A stretch of DNA of 32,825 bases, from NCBI RefSeq assembly GCF_001194135.2, contig NC_068998.1, positions 22,622,984 to 22,655,808 on the forward strand, given 5' to 3'. This DNA is from Octopus bimaculoides. Its lineage: Eukaryota. Positions within the stretch are counted from its first letter, which is position 1. Every line of letters begins with the position of its first letter. The notes beneath the pieces were generated by a model. The model did no database searches, was not told the DNA's origin, and saw nothing but the letters and a program-made list of their open reading frames with translations. Below, one piece after another: positions 1 to 9,810 of the stretch. Position numbers and translations under genes: made by a program.

Positions 1-390
1 AGAATATTTCTGTTTGCACTTGAAGCACAGCACATTCTCTACGCAGCAGAAATACGTGCCGCTTATTTACGAAATATTACGTAAAATTAACAGTTAAAAA
101 AAAAAAAAAAAAAATTAATGGAGATGTACCTGTTTCTGGATTATTTGTAATTGTTCTTCTACATTCCTCCAAATATTCATAATCCAGTGTATCGAATTCC
201 GGATTCGATATTACGAATTACGTTGATTTAAATTAAATTATACAGGAAAGCTATCTATTTTAAAAAAATCAACCAATCAGATTCTTTTTTGACAGTACGT
301 GATCCATACGAATATTTTTTAAGGGTGAGTGCATAATTTTTGCATGTATGTATTATCCAGGCATGTGTACTTGTTCACATATATGTATAT

Positions 391-394
391 ACGT

Positions 395-432
<38 letters not shown>

Positions 433-452
433 ACACACGTACACGTACACAC
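391..452. repeat. (CA)n microsatellite
   Basis: Directly visible CA run with a few interruptions. Confidence 0.95.
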
Positions 453-507
453 ATATAAGGCATATATATGAGTGCACATGCTTTATATGAACAAAATGTG
501 CCTTAGT

Positions 508-560
508 GGTGATTACATATATACAGGTGATTACATATATATACTGGTGATTACATATAT
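508..560. repeat. Short tandem repeat, 3 copies of GGTGATTACATATAT(ATAC[A/T])
   Basis: GGTGATTACATATAT appears three times at 18-20 bp spacing. Confidence 0.9.
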
Positions 561-1630
561 GATTGCTTGTGTGTATGTGCATGTGTATATATGAATATAT
601 ATATGTGTGGTATGTGGGTGGTTATGGTTCTTTATATCTTTTGATCCACGTGTATTAGTGCATATATATGTATCTCCATTTGTATCTAGTACACCTATTT
701 GTATCTATGGGTGTGTGTTTATATATATTTATATTTAGATGCGTATATATTATTGTGTATGTATATATATGCATATACACTTAATTTTTAAAATTGATGC
801 TTTTGACCGGTATTAATATGTTTATACATTTTTTTATATAAATTTCTCTCAATTTTATAAACAACTTACCAAAGTATTAATCTCCACGTTCATGTGATAC
901 ATTTTTTCACAGTAATTTACTATTCAACCACTATTTATGTACCCATTATCACCCTAATTATATTCACATATTATCCATTACCCACTAAAATAACATAATC
1001 CATAACCCGGGCATATACCAATATTAGCCGCAAACCAATACTCAGTCCGCTGTGAGGATTCTAAAATACAACACATAAAATCCTATAGGTATTTCTTTTT
1101 CCTGCCCCTCTGAAAAGATTTTGCCTATTAAATGCGATATCTCCATTTTCTTTCTTTCTTTTGAATGATTGTAAACCATGTTTTTTATACAAACCTATTG
1201 TTTAACGAATATTACTATTCACAACAAATATTGGGTTCTGAACCAGTAATTCATTGGATGATACCATCTCTTAATGACGCTAATTTAACCTCTAATTGAA
1301 CTGCTGTAGAAATGAGTTCCAAGGTGACAGGTGCCAACCAGTAACGGCCTTTGCCTTTCTTTTGAATAACATCGGTGGCCTGAACCGGGGTGCCCGCATG
1401 CATGGGTGACTGCCGGTCTTCCATAAACAACCTTGTCCGGACTTCATCCTCGGAACGTAGCTTTGTAGGTGAAACCCCTTGGTCATTCATGACTGAATGG
1501 GGTCTCTTTTATATATTTTAATATTTCACTTAGGCATAGCGAGATAATTACCTGGTGTAGAACTCAATATACGTACGGTCCAGAACACAATGTTATGCAA
1601 TGAACTTCATTACCTCACAACTATGTCTGC

Positions 1631-1690
<60 letters not shown>

Positions 1691-1709
1691 TACACACATA
1701 TATATATAT
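1631..1709. repeat. (CA)n/(TA)n microsatellite abutting the PLE inverted pLTR
   Basis: Directly visible. Confidence 0.95.
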
Positions 1710-1712
1710 CTT

Positions 1713-2164
1713 GTGAGAGATAAATATTATTTATTTAAGGTCACAATACATTATTATGCGCTACGAATAGTTTCATATTTTGAGAAAATTCACACATATT
1801 CTTCAGGCGCAAACCGCATATCATAACAAACTACAGAAATTGAATAATAGAAGAAATGTGTAATGAACTGAATAGGCAGCATATAGGAAACGCAAACAGT
1901 AAACAACGGAAAACGAAAAAGAGAAAACAAAAACAGAAGCTAAAATGCCAAAAATAAAAATTGAATGGTACAAAGGTAAAAGAGCTATCTTCCTTAGACT
2001 TTAAATGATAAGAATGGAAAGATATCAAGGCAGTCAGGGATAGGCGGAACTTTCCAATCCTCCGGAATATATTTATACATATGCATGCAACCAGTGAAAC
2101 ATTCTGACCTGGAGTTCAATAGAAATTTAGTGATGTTAGATCTCAACAGGATCTGCGCTCTTTC
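1713..2164 (-). repeat. Inverted pseudo-LTR of PLE1 (left arm of an ~845 bp imperfect palindrome)
   Basis: 1713-1750 GTGAGAGATAAATATTATTTATTTAAGGTCACAATACA is the reverse complement of 2520-2557. Similarity continues along the arm, and its reverse complement also aligns to ~4868-5240. Confidence 0.93.
1757..1811 (-). ncRNA. Type I hammerhead ribozyme in the inverted pLTR of PLE1
   Basis: Minus strand reads TGCGC-CTGAAGA-ATATGTG...AAAATAT-GAAA-CTATTCG-TA-GCGCA: stem I TGCGC/GCGCA, CUGANGA and GAAA cores, GUA cleavage triplet. Hammerheads in PLE pLTRs are established. Confidence 0.75.
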
Positions 2165-2557
2165 GAACTACAGGTCAAACGTTTTCACAGGTTGCATGCT
2201 TATGTATAAATATATTCTGAAAAATTGGAAAGTTCCGCCTATCCCTGACTGCCTTGATATCGTTCCAGCCTTATCATTCAAAGTCTAAGGAATATAGCTC
2301 ATTTACCTTTTTGCCTTTTAAATTTTAGTTTCTGTTCTTCGTTTTCGTTTATCGTTTTCCGTTGTTTACTATCTGAGATTTCTATATCCTGCCTCTTCAG
2401 TTCATTTCACGATTCTTCTATTATTCAAATTCTTTAGTTCGTTATGAAATGTGATTTGCGGTTGAATACTATGTTTGAGTTTTTCCAACAAATGAAACTA
2501 TTACTAACGCTTTAATACATGTATTGTGACCTTAAATAAATAATATTTATCTCTCAC
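2165..2557 (+). repeat. Direct 5' pseudo-LTR of PLE1 (ORF C-terminus + 3' UTR + degenerate hammerhead)
   Basis: Encodes SNYRSNVFTGCMLMYKYILKNWKVPPIPD, homologous to the ORF end at ~4912-4986 (LNSSSDIFIGCMH..KNWKFPSIPD*). Confidence 0.9.
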
Positions 2558-2560
2558 CAG

Positions 2561-4529
2561 ATGGAGTATTTGTTTCGTTAAATTTTATTCCCGGATCACA
2601 TACCAATACCTCCGAATAAACTATACCTCAGAATATTACTTGAGAAGGTTGAAAATATAGTTAAACGGATGAGATGGAAAGCTTTATTTTTTTATTCGAG
2701 ATTTTGTCCCTCATATAGAGAAAGGTATAATTTAATGACACGGAAATATCCATCTATAGTTAAAGATTTAGCACCCTTTGAATCGGACGTCCTTAATTAA
2801 GTTACCAATATTAGATTTCGAAAACGCAAATCTCCTTTCAGACGAAAATGAAATCTGAAATTAAATACTTTAGAAAGTCTAAAGAGAAGTTTGTTTTTTC
2901 GGTTAAAACTAATGACCTAAATGAAGTTACTAATGATTTATACCATAAGTTGCTAAAAGACATCCTTTCATCTAAATATAAGGACGCTAACGTAGAGAGA
3001 TATTCTGATATCAATGACGAAGCTAAATTCCTCGCTAAACGTAGTAATATTGATGATATTTTAGAATGCTTAGCTAAGAGAGAGGTGCATATTACTTTCA
3101 AGGACCATAAACAGAATATTCATAATTATCCGACCTGTAGATTATTAAACCCAGTGAGATCTGAAATTGAGCTAAAAAATACTTAGAAATATTAATATTA
3201 GAATTAGGGAAATTACTGTGCTTCAACAATGGAATAATATTTTTACCGTGACATATTGGTTTAAGAATATCAAAAATAAGAAACTTACCCAGTTTGATAT
3301 TATAGACGTTTATCCTTCTATATCTAGGTCACCTTTTGATAAAGTATCGAATTTCCTAATTCATATATTGAAATTGACCCCGTAAAAGTAGATTTCATCA
3401 GGCTTGCGAGGCAACACCCTTGTTCAGTAAAGGAATAGCATGGGTAAAAACGTCACATAGTAATTAACTATTTGATGTATCTATGGGTTCATTTTATAGT
3501 GCTGATGTCTATGACCTTGTGCGTTTATTTATATTATACACATTGAGATATATACCCAGCTCATGACAGTGACCTATACCATGATTTAGGAAGGAACTAA
3601 TTTCTACCTTTATTCAATTAGGACTTAAAATTACAGTAACTACTAATCTCTATATAGTTGATTATTTTGATGTTTCCCTAGATTTAAACTCCTCGTATAA
3701 ACCTTTCCATAAGCCTAATGAGAAATTCGCATATATACATAAACAGTCTTGTAACCCTCTTGTAGCATTTAAAAAAGCTGATAGCTAATATTAGTAACGG
3801 AGTTCTTAATCTCTCTTCTTCCAAAGAAATTTTCGAGAAAGCTGCACCCTATTATAACAAACACCTAACCAATAATGGCTTCAGGGACAAATTAATGTAT
3901 AATCCATCTAATTATAAAAAAATATTAATAATACACATAGTGCCATCAAAGATAAAGTAGTACTTAACCATTCTGGTATTAATCAGCATAATAAGAAACC
4001 TAGAATTAGACCAAGGAAAATTACTTTGTTCGCCAACCCCGTTTCCCTTAATTTAAAACTAACATTGGTAAAAGATTCCTGTTACTCCTAGACAAATGCT
4101 TTCGAGCTACTCACAGATACAAGAATATATTTAATAGGCGTTCTATGAAATTATCATTTAGCTGCTGCCCCAATATGAAGAGAATCATTACATGCGGTCA
4201 ATACCAAGAACCTCAATCCAGTTGCAACTGTCGCGACACAGGATCCTGTGCACTTTACCAACTATGGGCGACTAAATGTATCATATATAAGGTAGAAGTT
4301 ACAGCAGCACTAAATTATAACACAACTGATAAGGAGACCTATATTAGATTATGTAAAGGAGATTTAAAAATCGCTATACCAATCACATAGACTCCTTTCG
4401 ACATAGGGCAAAGGTAATGCCATTAAGTTGGTTAGCTACGCATGGAATTTGAAAGATAAGGAAACACTGCATGGGATTCAATAGAAATCCAAACCTTATC
4501 TGAATGTATCGAATAAATGAAGACTTTCC
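2561..4529 (+). pseudogene. PLE1 reverse transcriptase + GIY-YIG endonuclease ORF with multiple frameshifts and stops
   Basis: ATG at 2561 directly after the pLTR. ORF-track pieces 2848-3186 and 4145-4390 carry PLE RT N-terminal and GIY-YIG motifs; other motifs are in alternating frames. Confidence 0.9.
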
Positions 4530-4727
4530 AGTTCAATATTTGAGAGAGGAGGGATTATGTACATTATTTACATTTGACGGATATTTGTTCACCTCTTGAT
4601 TGTTGTTAACACAACATTTCGGCTGGTATACTCTCCAGCCGCCATCAAATGTGCTGGGAAAATTTCGAACCTCGCTTCTCATTCCTAAGGTATGTTTCGA
4701 TGTTTTTGTTGTTGTAGTTGTTGTTGT

Positions 4728-4780
<53 letters not shown>

Positions 4781-4839
4781 TTCAGGTCACGGCCTGGAAT
4801 TGAACTCGAAATCTTGGGGTTAGTAGCCTGCGCTCTTTC
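4529..4839 (-). mobile_element. tRNA-head/microsatellite/hammerhead composite element, copy A (A box truncated), inserted antisense in the PLE1 endonuclease region
   Basis: Minus strand: AAGAGCGCAGGCTACTAACCCCAAGATTTCGAGTTCAATTCCAGG..GACCTGAAT, then (AGT)n(AAC)n, then GGAATGAGAA..TTCGAAATTTTCCC, a mutated hammerhead (TTGATGG..GGCTG/CAGCC GAAA TG TT GTGTT) and the TGTAAATAATGTACATAAT tail. Collinear with 18354-18628. Confidence 0.88.
4728..4780. repeat. (TAC)n microsatellite inside composite element copy A
   Basis: Directly visible. Confidence 0.97.
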
Positions 4840-5152
4840 TCCAAGTAAATGTGGGTTTTGTTTGGCTGAAAGAGCGCAGTCCTGTTCAGATATAACGTCT
4901 CTAACTCTCTACTGAACTCCAGTTCGGACATTTTCATTGGTTGCATGCATATGAAGAATTGGAAATTTCCGTCTATCCCTGACTGAATTGATATCTTTCC
5001 AGCCTTATTATTTAAGGTCTAAGTAAGTTAGCTCTTTTACCTTTTTATCCTTTTGACATTTCAGTTCCTGTTTTTCGCTTTCGTTGTTTACTGTCTGCAT
5101 TTTCTATATGCTTCTTCTACTTTTCAATTTCTTTAGTTCGTTATATGTGGTT

Positions 5153-5204
5153 TGCACCTGAAGAATGTTTCAGGTTTCTCAACATATGAAGATGTTAGTA
5201 GCGA
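5153..5204 (+). ncRNA. Degenerate hammerhead in the 3' pLTR of PLE1 (a more degraded homolog lies at ~2456-2510)
   Basis: TGCAC-CTGAAGA-ATGTT...AACAT-AT-GAAG-ATGTTAG-TA-GCG, at the position homologous to 1757-1811; GAAA is mutated to GAAG. Confidence 0.6.
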
Positions 5205-5401
5205 TTTAATACAGGTACTGTGACCTTTAAATATATTATATATTATANNNNNNNNNNNNNNNNNNNNNNNNNNNNNNNNNNNNNNNNNNNNNNNNNNNNN
5301 NNNNNNNNNNNNNNNNNNNNNNNNNNNNNNNNNNNNNNNNNNNNNNTATATATATATATATATATATATATATCATTGATTGAGTAAGCAGCAAATTAAT
5401 T

Positions 5402-5638
5402 GGTATTTTTTTTGTACGACTATTGTTTCGACCCATCCTGGTACTTTCCCTTATGGGTGGGAATTTCTGTTGCACTCACTTTGCAATCTGTGTCACATGA
5501 CATACCCCCATACATAAAGTGGTGTCTCGTTAAAGATCTTGAGTTCGGATGGTCATGTTATTCGCCCGGTATTATTCCCAGCAAGACTTTAGCAGGGTCG
5601 GTCGAAACGTTCGTCGTACAAAAGAAAGACTAATACCA
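5402..5638. repeat. ~235 bp segment bounded by an imperfect inverted repeat (MITE-like or paired pLTR remnants)
   Basis: 5410-5433 TTTTGTACGACTATTGTTTCGACC matches the reverse complement of 5600-5623 at 20/24 positions; GGTATT/AATACC pair further out. Confidence 0.55.
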
Positions 5639-6114
5639 AATCCATTTTCTAGCTTCTTCATCAATTATTATTATTTCAACTAACACTACGGAATTTTAAA
5701 GTAAATCCAACGAATATATACTCCTACTGCAGAGGATATCAGGAAGCCCAAATTGTGTCAGTGCTTACTGAATGCATTAAGACAGTCATGGTCATATACC
5801 CATTAGACCAAAATATTACGTACGTACATACATGCATACATACATATATATATATATATATGTATATGCATACTTTTATATATGTATATATAGATAAATG
5901 TAGATATATATGATACATCTATACGTACACATGTATGTTTGCATATAGTATGCTCTCACATTTACATACGCATGTATACACGCATTTTGTGTTTATAGCA
6001 AATAAATGAGATTTGGACAAATTTCGTAAAATACCTTTTTCACTAGAACATTTGGATGTTTCTCACGTTAAAGGATAAAATGAACATGATGTGGCAAATG
6101 TAAACATCTTCCTT

Positions 6115-6277
6115 TTGAAGGATCACCATGTGGCCGTCCGAAGATGGCTGGAGCACTACTGCGACTGTATTGAAATCAGAGGATCCTATTTTGAAAGAGT
6201 TTAAAGCTTCGACCTTCTTCAAAATTACTAAATGCTTCTCCTGGAAACCTCTCAAAATTTATGCTATGCACCCTGTA
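6115..6277 (+). mobile_element. mariner-type transposon 3' fragment
   Basis: Translates LKDHHVAVRRWLEHYCDCIEIRGSYFERV*, matching the mariner C-terminal W..C(I/V)...G.YFE motif, followed by a TIR-like end (..TGCACCCTGTA). Confidence 0.6.
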
Positions 6278-7474
6278 AACGTGTGTAGCTGCATGCATAC
6301 ATTTATAAAGATATATACATGGTTATGTGTGTTATGTAGACATATATAAACCGTGAAATTGATATCTTGCACAAATGTAGCACAAATGGATTTAATATAG
6401 GAAGGGACATAATGCGAAATTCTATGTCGACCGATTTCATTATATGTATGCTCCGTCATTCGTCTAACATCGGTCTAAACTCGCTAGAAAACTATCACAT
6501 AATCCCTTGGATTTCTGTTACCTCCGGAGAAAGAGTTAAAAGAGAAATAAAGTAGATTAAATTAAGCAATTCCAATATAGTTTACAAATACGCAATACAA
6601 TTTTCAAAATGTATTCTTATAATGGCTCTTTCTCTCTTGGATTTTTGTTATTGTCTGTTATCACTTTCAATTTATCAAACTCAAGCAATTAAGAAGGCGA
6701 AAGGTTTTCACTATAATTGGAAGAACTATATCCAATATTACGCAGCCTAATCTGATTTAAAGAGTAAAAAAATTGGGATTGTCGGTTATTGTTCGTATTT
6801 CATAATCAATATGTTCCATAATGGTTAATCAAAATTCAGAAAATTAGCAAAAATAAACATTATTGCAATCCCTCGATCTCTTTCATATAATGATTTCATA
6901 GCAAAATATTTAAATACTTTTGCCGTTGACATATTGCTTAATTAATTTAAAGTATTATTTCTCGTTCTGGCTTCTAAGCTACTGACAATAAACATAATAT
7001 TTGTGCACTTAATTGTCTCAGTTGAGGTCACGTTTCATACAGATTTAAAGATGTACAAAGATGTCGCATTGTACTAAAGTCATTGATAAGAGCTTATTTT
7101 GACAATGCAATTTTCCAGGCATTTAAAATTTATAATGTACACATGCATACATACGGTTTTAAATAAATACATTCACACGCGCGCACAAATACAGACATAC
7201 ACACTAAAATACACACACACACACACATACACACACACGAAGATATATACACACGAGCGCTCACATATACAGATAATATACGTACGCATATTTATCAATT
7301 CCACTTAATATCAATTTCATGAAAACAGACACATTGTTAGTAATAAAACTAAATTTTTGAAACGAGGTAACTTTTAGTGTTGTGTATTATCTGCATTGAA
7401 CATAGAGAATATAATTTATATGAGCTACTGAACTTTATACAGGAAATTAGTGGAAAGTACAAACTAAGAATCTC

Positions 7475-7614
7475 TTATTTACATTATTTACATTATTTAC
7501 ATTTGACGGATATTTGTCCTCATCTTGTTTGTTGTTGACAACGTTTCGGCTGATATACACGCCAGCCTTCATCAGGTGTCTTGGGGAAATTTCGAAGTTG
7601 TATTCTCATTCTAA
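7475..7614 (-). mobile_element. Composite element copy B (tail only: hammerhead + TGTAAATAA repeats)
   Basis: Minus strand: AATGAGAA..TTCGAAATTTCCCCAAGACACCTGATGAAGGCTGGCGTGTATATCAGCCGAAACGTTGTCAACAACAAACAAGATGAGGACAAATATCCGTCAAA(TGTAAATAA)x3. Confidence 0.9.
7533..7580 (-). ncRNA. Minimal hammerhead ribozyme (copy B)
   Basis: GACAC-CTGATGA-A-GGCTG(loop)CAGCC-GAAA-CG-TT: intact core, perfect 5-bp stem II, palindromic AACGTT in place of stem III. The 3' strand of stem I is partly mutated. Confidence 0.75.
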
Positions 7615-7619
7615 CGGTG

Positions 7620-8908
7620 GAGATGTATTACGGTGTCTGCTGTTCACTACCAGTGAACTAAGTTAATACCTCTTAATTTTCGAGCACATTTCGGAGTATT
7701 CGGGCGGTTCCAAGCAGTGCTTTTTCTGCAAGAGTTCCACGCTTAATGCAGCCCTTATTTGGTCCATGCACTTCTCGAGATTTTTAGTAACTGTTCCCAA
7801 GGCTCTGACAATTATTGGTACCACCACAACATCTTTCATCGACCACAACTGCTTTACCTCAAAAGTTAACCTGTCATACCTAACGACATTTCTTTCTTCC
7901 TTATCGCATACCTTGTTGTCAGCTGGATATGCTATATCTAAGATCTAGCATAGTGTGGTTTCTTTCTCAATTAAGACTATGTCTGGCTTCCTATTTGCTA
8001 TCTTATGACCGCGCTGAATCAAAATCACGCAGGATCTTTGCATTAACATTTTCGATAATGCCTTCGAGTTTGTGGTCGTACGAATTATGTCCTCTGTCAA
8101 GTCCACACTTCTTGCAAAGTATCAAATGCACAAACCTTGCTATATTGTCATGGCGTCTCTGATGTTCCTTCTGGGCTAGTGGCATCCGTTAGCTGGTAAT
8201 ATGCCATACAGTTTCACAATTTGTCCATAGATTCTGCACTAATCCCTTTCCGTATTTTATGTAGTTTGTTCTTAATGCTTGCTCTGGGGTAGCATAAATT
8301 AGAGCCTCCGTTTCCGGTTTTAAATCACTATTAGTCATCCACGGCAATTTGTTGTCTCTCTCTGTTTTATCTTCAGCATCCCTATGAAATTGACCATGCA
8401 TTCTTTTCATTAGCCATCTATTTTGAGTTTCAATAGTTTTCAATTGCTTGTACAGTGCTTTATCGTTGCAATCTTTCATCCTACACACATTTGACCTCCT
8501 TACTTCTAATAAAAGCGGTTCCGTCGCATGTTTTAAATACCTTGCTATGTTGTTATATTCTTCTCCAATGCTGTGTTCGGATCAAATAAGTCCTCTTACC
8601 CCTCTTTTTCTTGGTACATATAGTCTGTCTGTGTCACGTTTTGGGCGGAGCATCCCATATCTAGTTAGCAACTTCCTTGTCTTTCTGTCTAAGCACTTTA
8701 GTTTGTCTACTGTCCATGCGGTTACCCCTGCTCCATATCTGAGGGGTGAAACTGCCCAGGTGTTGATAGGTCCAATCTTATTCCGTCCGTTTAATATCAA
8801 CTTAAAGATCAGTCTCAGCCTGCGCATGTACTCCGCTTGAAATTTTCTGTCATTTCTTTCTCCATCAATTAGTCCATTTCCAAACTCCCCAACTACTAAT
8901 AGCCGCAT
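7620..8908 (-). mobile_element. 5'-truncated R4/Dong-like non-LTR retrotransposon (RT thumb, zinc knuckle, REL endonuclease, 3' UTR hairpin)
   Basis: LNGRNKIGPINTWAVSPLRYGAG..LDRKTRKLL..RPKRDTDRLYVPRKRGVRGL; LKPETEALI..EQALRTNYIK; CETVWHITS; RRHDNIARFVH; KILRDF; VVPIIVRALGTV. Perfect GTTCACT-ACC-AGTGAAC hairpin at 7642-7658 just after the stop. Confidence 0.88.
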
Positions 8909-8913
8909 CCTAA

Positions 8914-8998
8914 AGTATAGTGGTTAAGGGTGCGGGTTACTAACCCCAAAATTCCGAGTTCGATTCCAGGCAGTGACCTGAATAAGAATAATAATAAC
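8914..8998 (+). mobile_element. Composite element copy D (tRNA-like head + AAT repeats only)
   Basis: AGTATAGTGGTTAAGGGTGCGGGTTACTAACCCCAAAATTCCGAGTTCGATTCCAGGCAGTGACCTGAATAAGAATAATAATAAC; B box GAGTTCGATTCC at 8956-8967. Confidence 0.88.
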
Positions 8999-9098
8999 AA
9001 GGTATACGATAAGGAAGAAAGAAAAGTCGGGAGATATGACAGGTTAGTTTGGGAAGTTAAGCAGTTGTGGTCGATGGAAAAGGTAGCAGTAGTATTGT
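8995..9098 (+). mobile_element. Short REL-domain fragment of the same LINE family as 7620-8908, in opposite orientation
   Basis: Translates NKVYDKEERKVGRYDRLVWEVKQLWSMEKVAVV; clearly homologous but not identical to the reverse complement of ~7815-7918. Confidence 0.85.
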
Positions 9099-9810
9099 TG
9101 AGAATATCATCCACAGATATTGTTGAGAATATCATCTATCAAAGAGCCGTCAACGCATGAAAATTGAGGTACTTCTATGTCATCAACAGCATGATTAAAA
9201 TCGTGAGGAGCTGCATATGTTCCACTGCCAAGATGCAAGAGCCATGCTACAAATTCTATTCGATCTAATGCTGTTCTGATGTGATGGCTTCATCTGTATT
9301 GGATAAAATTCAGCCACTCATAATAAGCATCTGTACTAGATGAACGCCCCAGTGAAAACGTCAATAAAATGTAAACACAATAAACCTCACATAAGGATTT
9401 GAGATAGAGAAGGGAAACTGTAAATTTGGGGAAATAAAGCTGCCCAGCGGATGTTAACATAAGGCTGAAGATCAGTGAAAAAGAGAACACTTATGCTGAA
9501 CTATTGAAGAATCTGCAGTTACTCTATCCATATAACAAGTTCAGGTTTATACCTATAATTATTGGGGCATTGAGATATATAACAGATGGCCTAAATAGCA
9601 ATCTTGAGCAATTAGGCTTCTCAACACCAGAAAGGAGCAAACTGATTCGAAGACTTCATATCCAATTTATCACTGGAACTGTAAAGATTTGTAAAACATT
9701 CTAGATGTTTCTCATTTAAGTGTATATGAGCATGTCTATATATGCAAGTATATGCATCATAATGCATACATAAAAATGACAGACAAATCTGAACGTATAC
9801 ATGTATACAT
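9095..9810 (+). mobile_element. Second REL-type (R4-like) LINE family: zinc knuckle, REL endonuclease and 3' UTR
   Basis: VENII.., APVKTSIKCKHNKPHI, SCPADVNIRLKISEKENTYAELLKNLQLLYPYNKFRFIPIIIGAL..ITGTVKICKTF*, followed by an AT-rich UTR ending in ACAT-type repeats. Confidence 0.8.

Larger units (their letters stand above)
1713..5240 (+). mobile_element. Penelope-like retroelement (PLE1), decayed: inverted pLTR + direct pLTR + RT/GIY-YIG ORF + 3' pLTR; tentatively Naiad-type
   Basis: Frameshifted translation gives IPIPPNKLYLRILLEKVENIVKRMRWKALFF, ITFKDHK..CRLLNP, QFDIIDVYPSIS, DVSMGSFYSADVYDLV, VDYFDVSLDL..YKPFHKPN, FSCCPNM, CNCRDTGSCAL..IIYKVEV..TYI and KCGFCLAER..GCMH. Three homologous terminal repeats are present (1713-2164 inverted, 2165-2557, ~4868-5240). 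The clade call is from remembered motifs only. Confidence 0.92.

Noticed and set aside
1251-1490. Minus-strand ORF as a BEL/gypsy integrase fragment (HAG..RYW)
   Set aside because: The motif match is too weak and there is no other LTR-retroelement context.
2255-2310. SECIS element in the PLE1 3' UTR
   Set aside because: A hairpin (ATCTTTCC/GGAAGAT in the left-arm copy) is visible, but I could not fit the UGA/GA quartet and helix II spacing by eye. It needs SECISearch.
8914-8980. tRNA gene calls for the A/B-box heads (also 18356-18430 and 4785-4839)
   Set aside because: No closed acceptor stem, and they run into the same downstream GACCTGAAT-microsatellite module. These are SINE-type heads, not tRNA genes.
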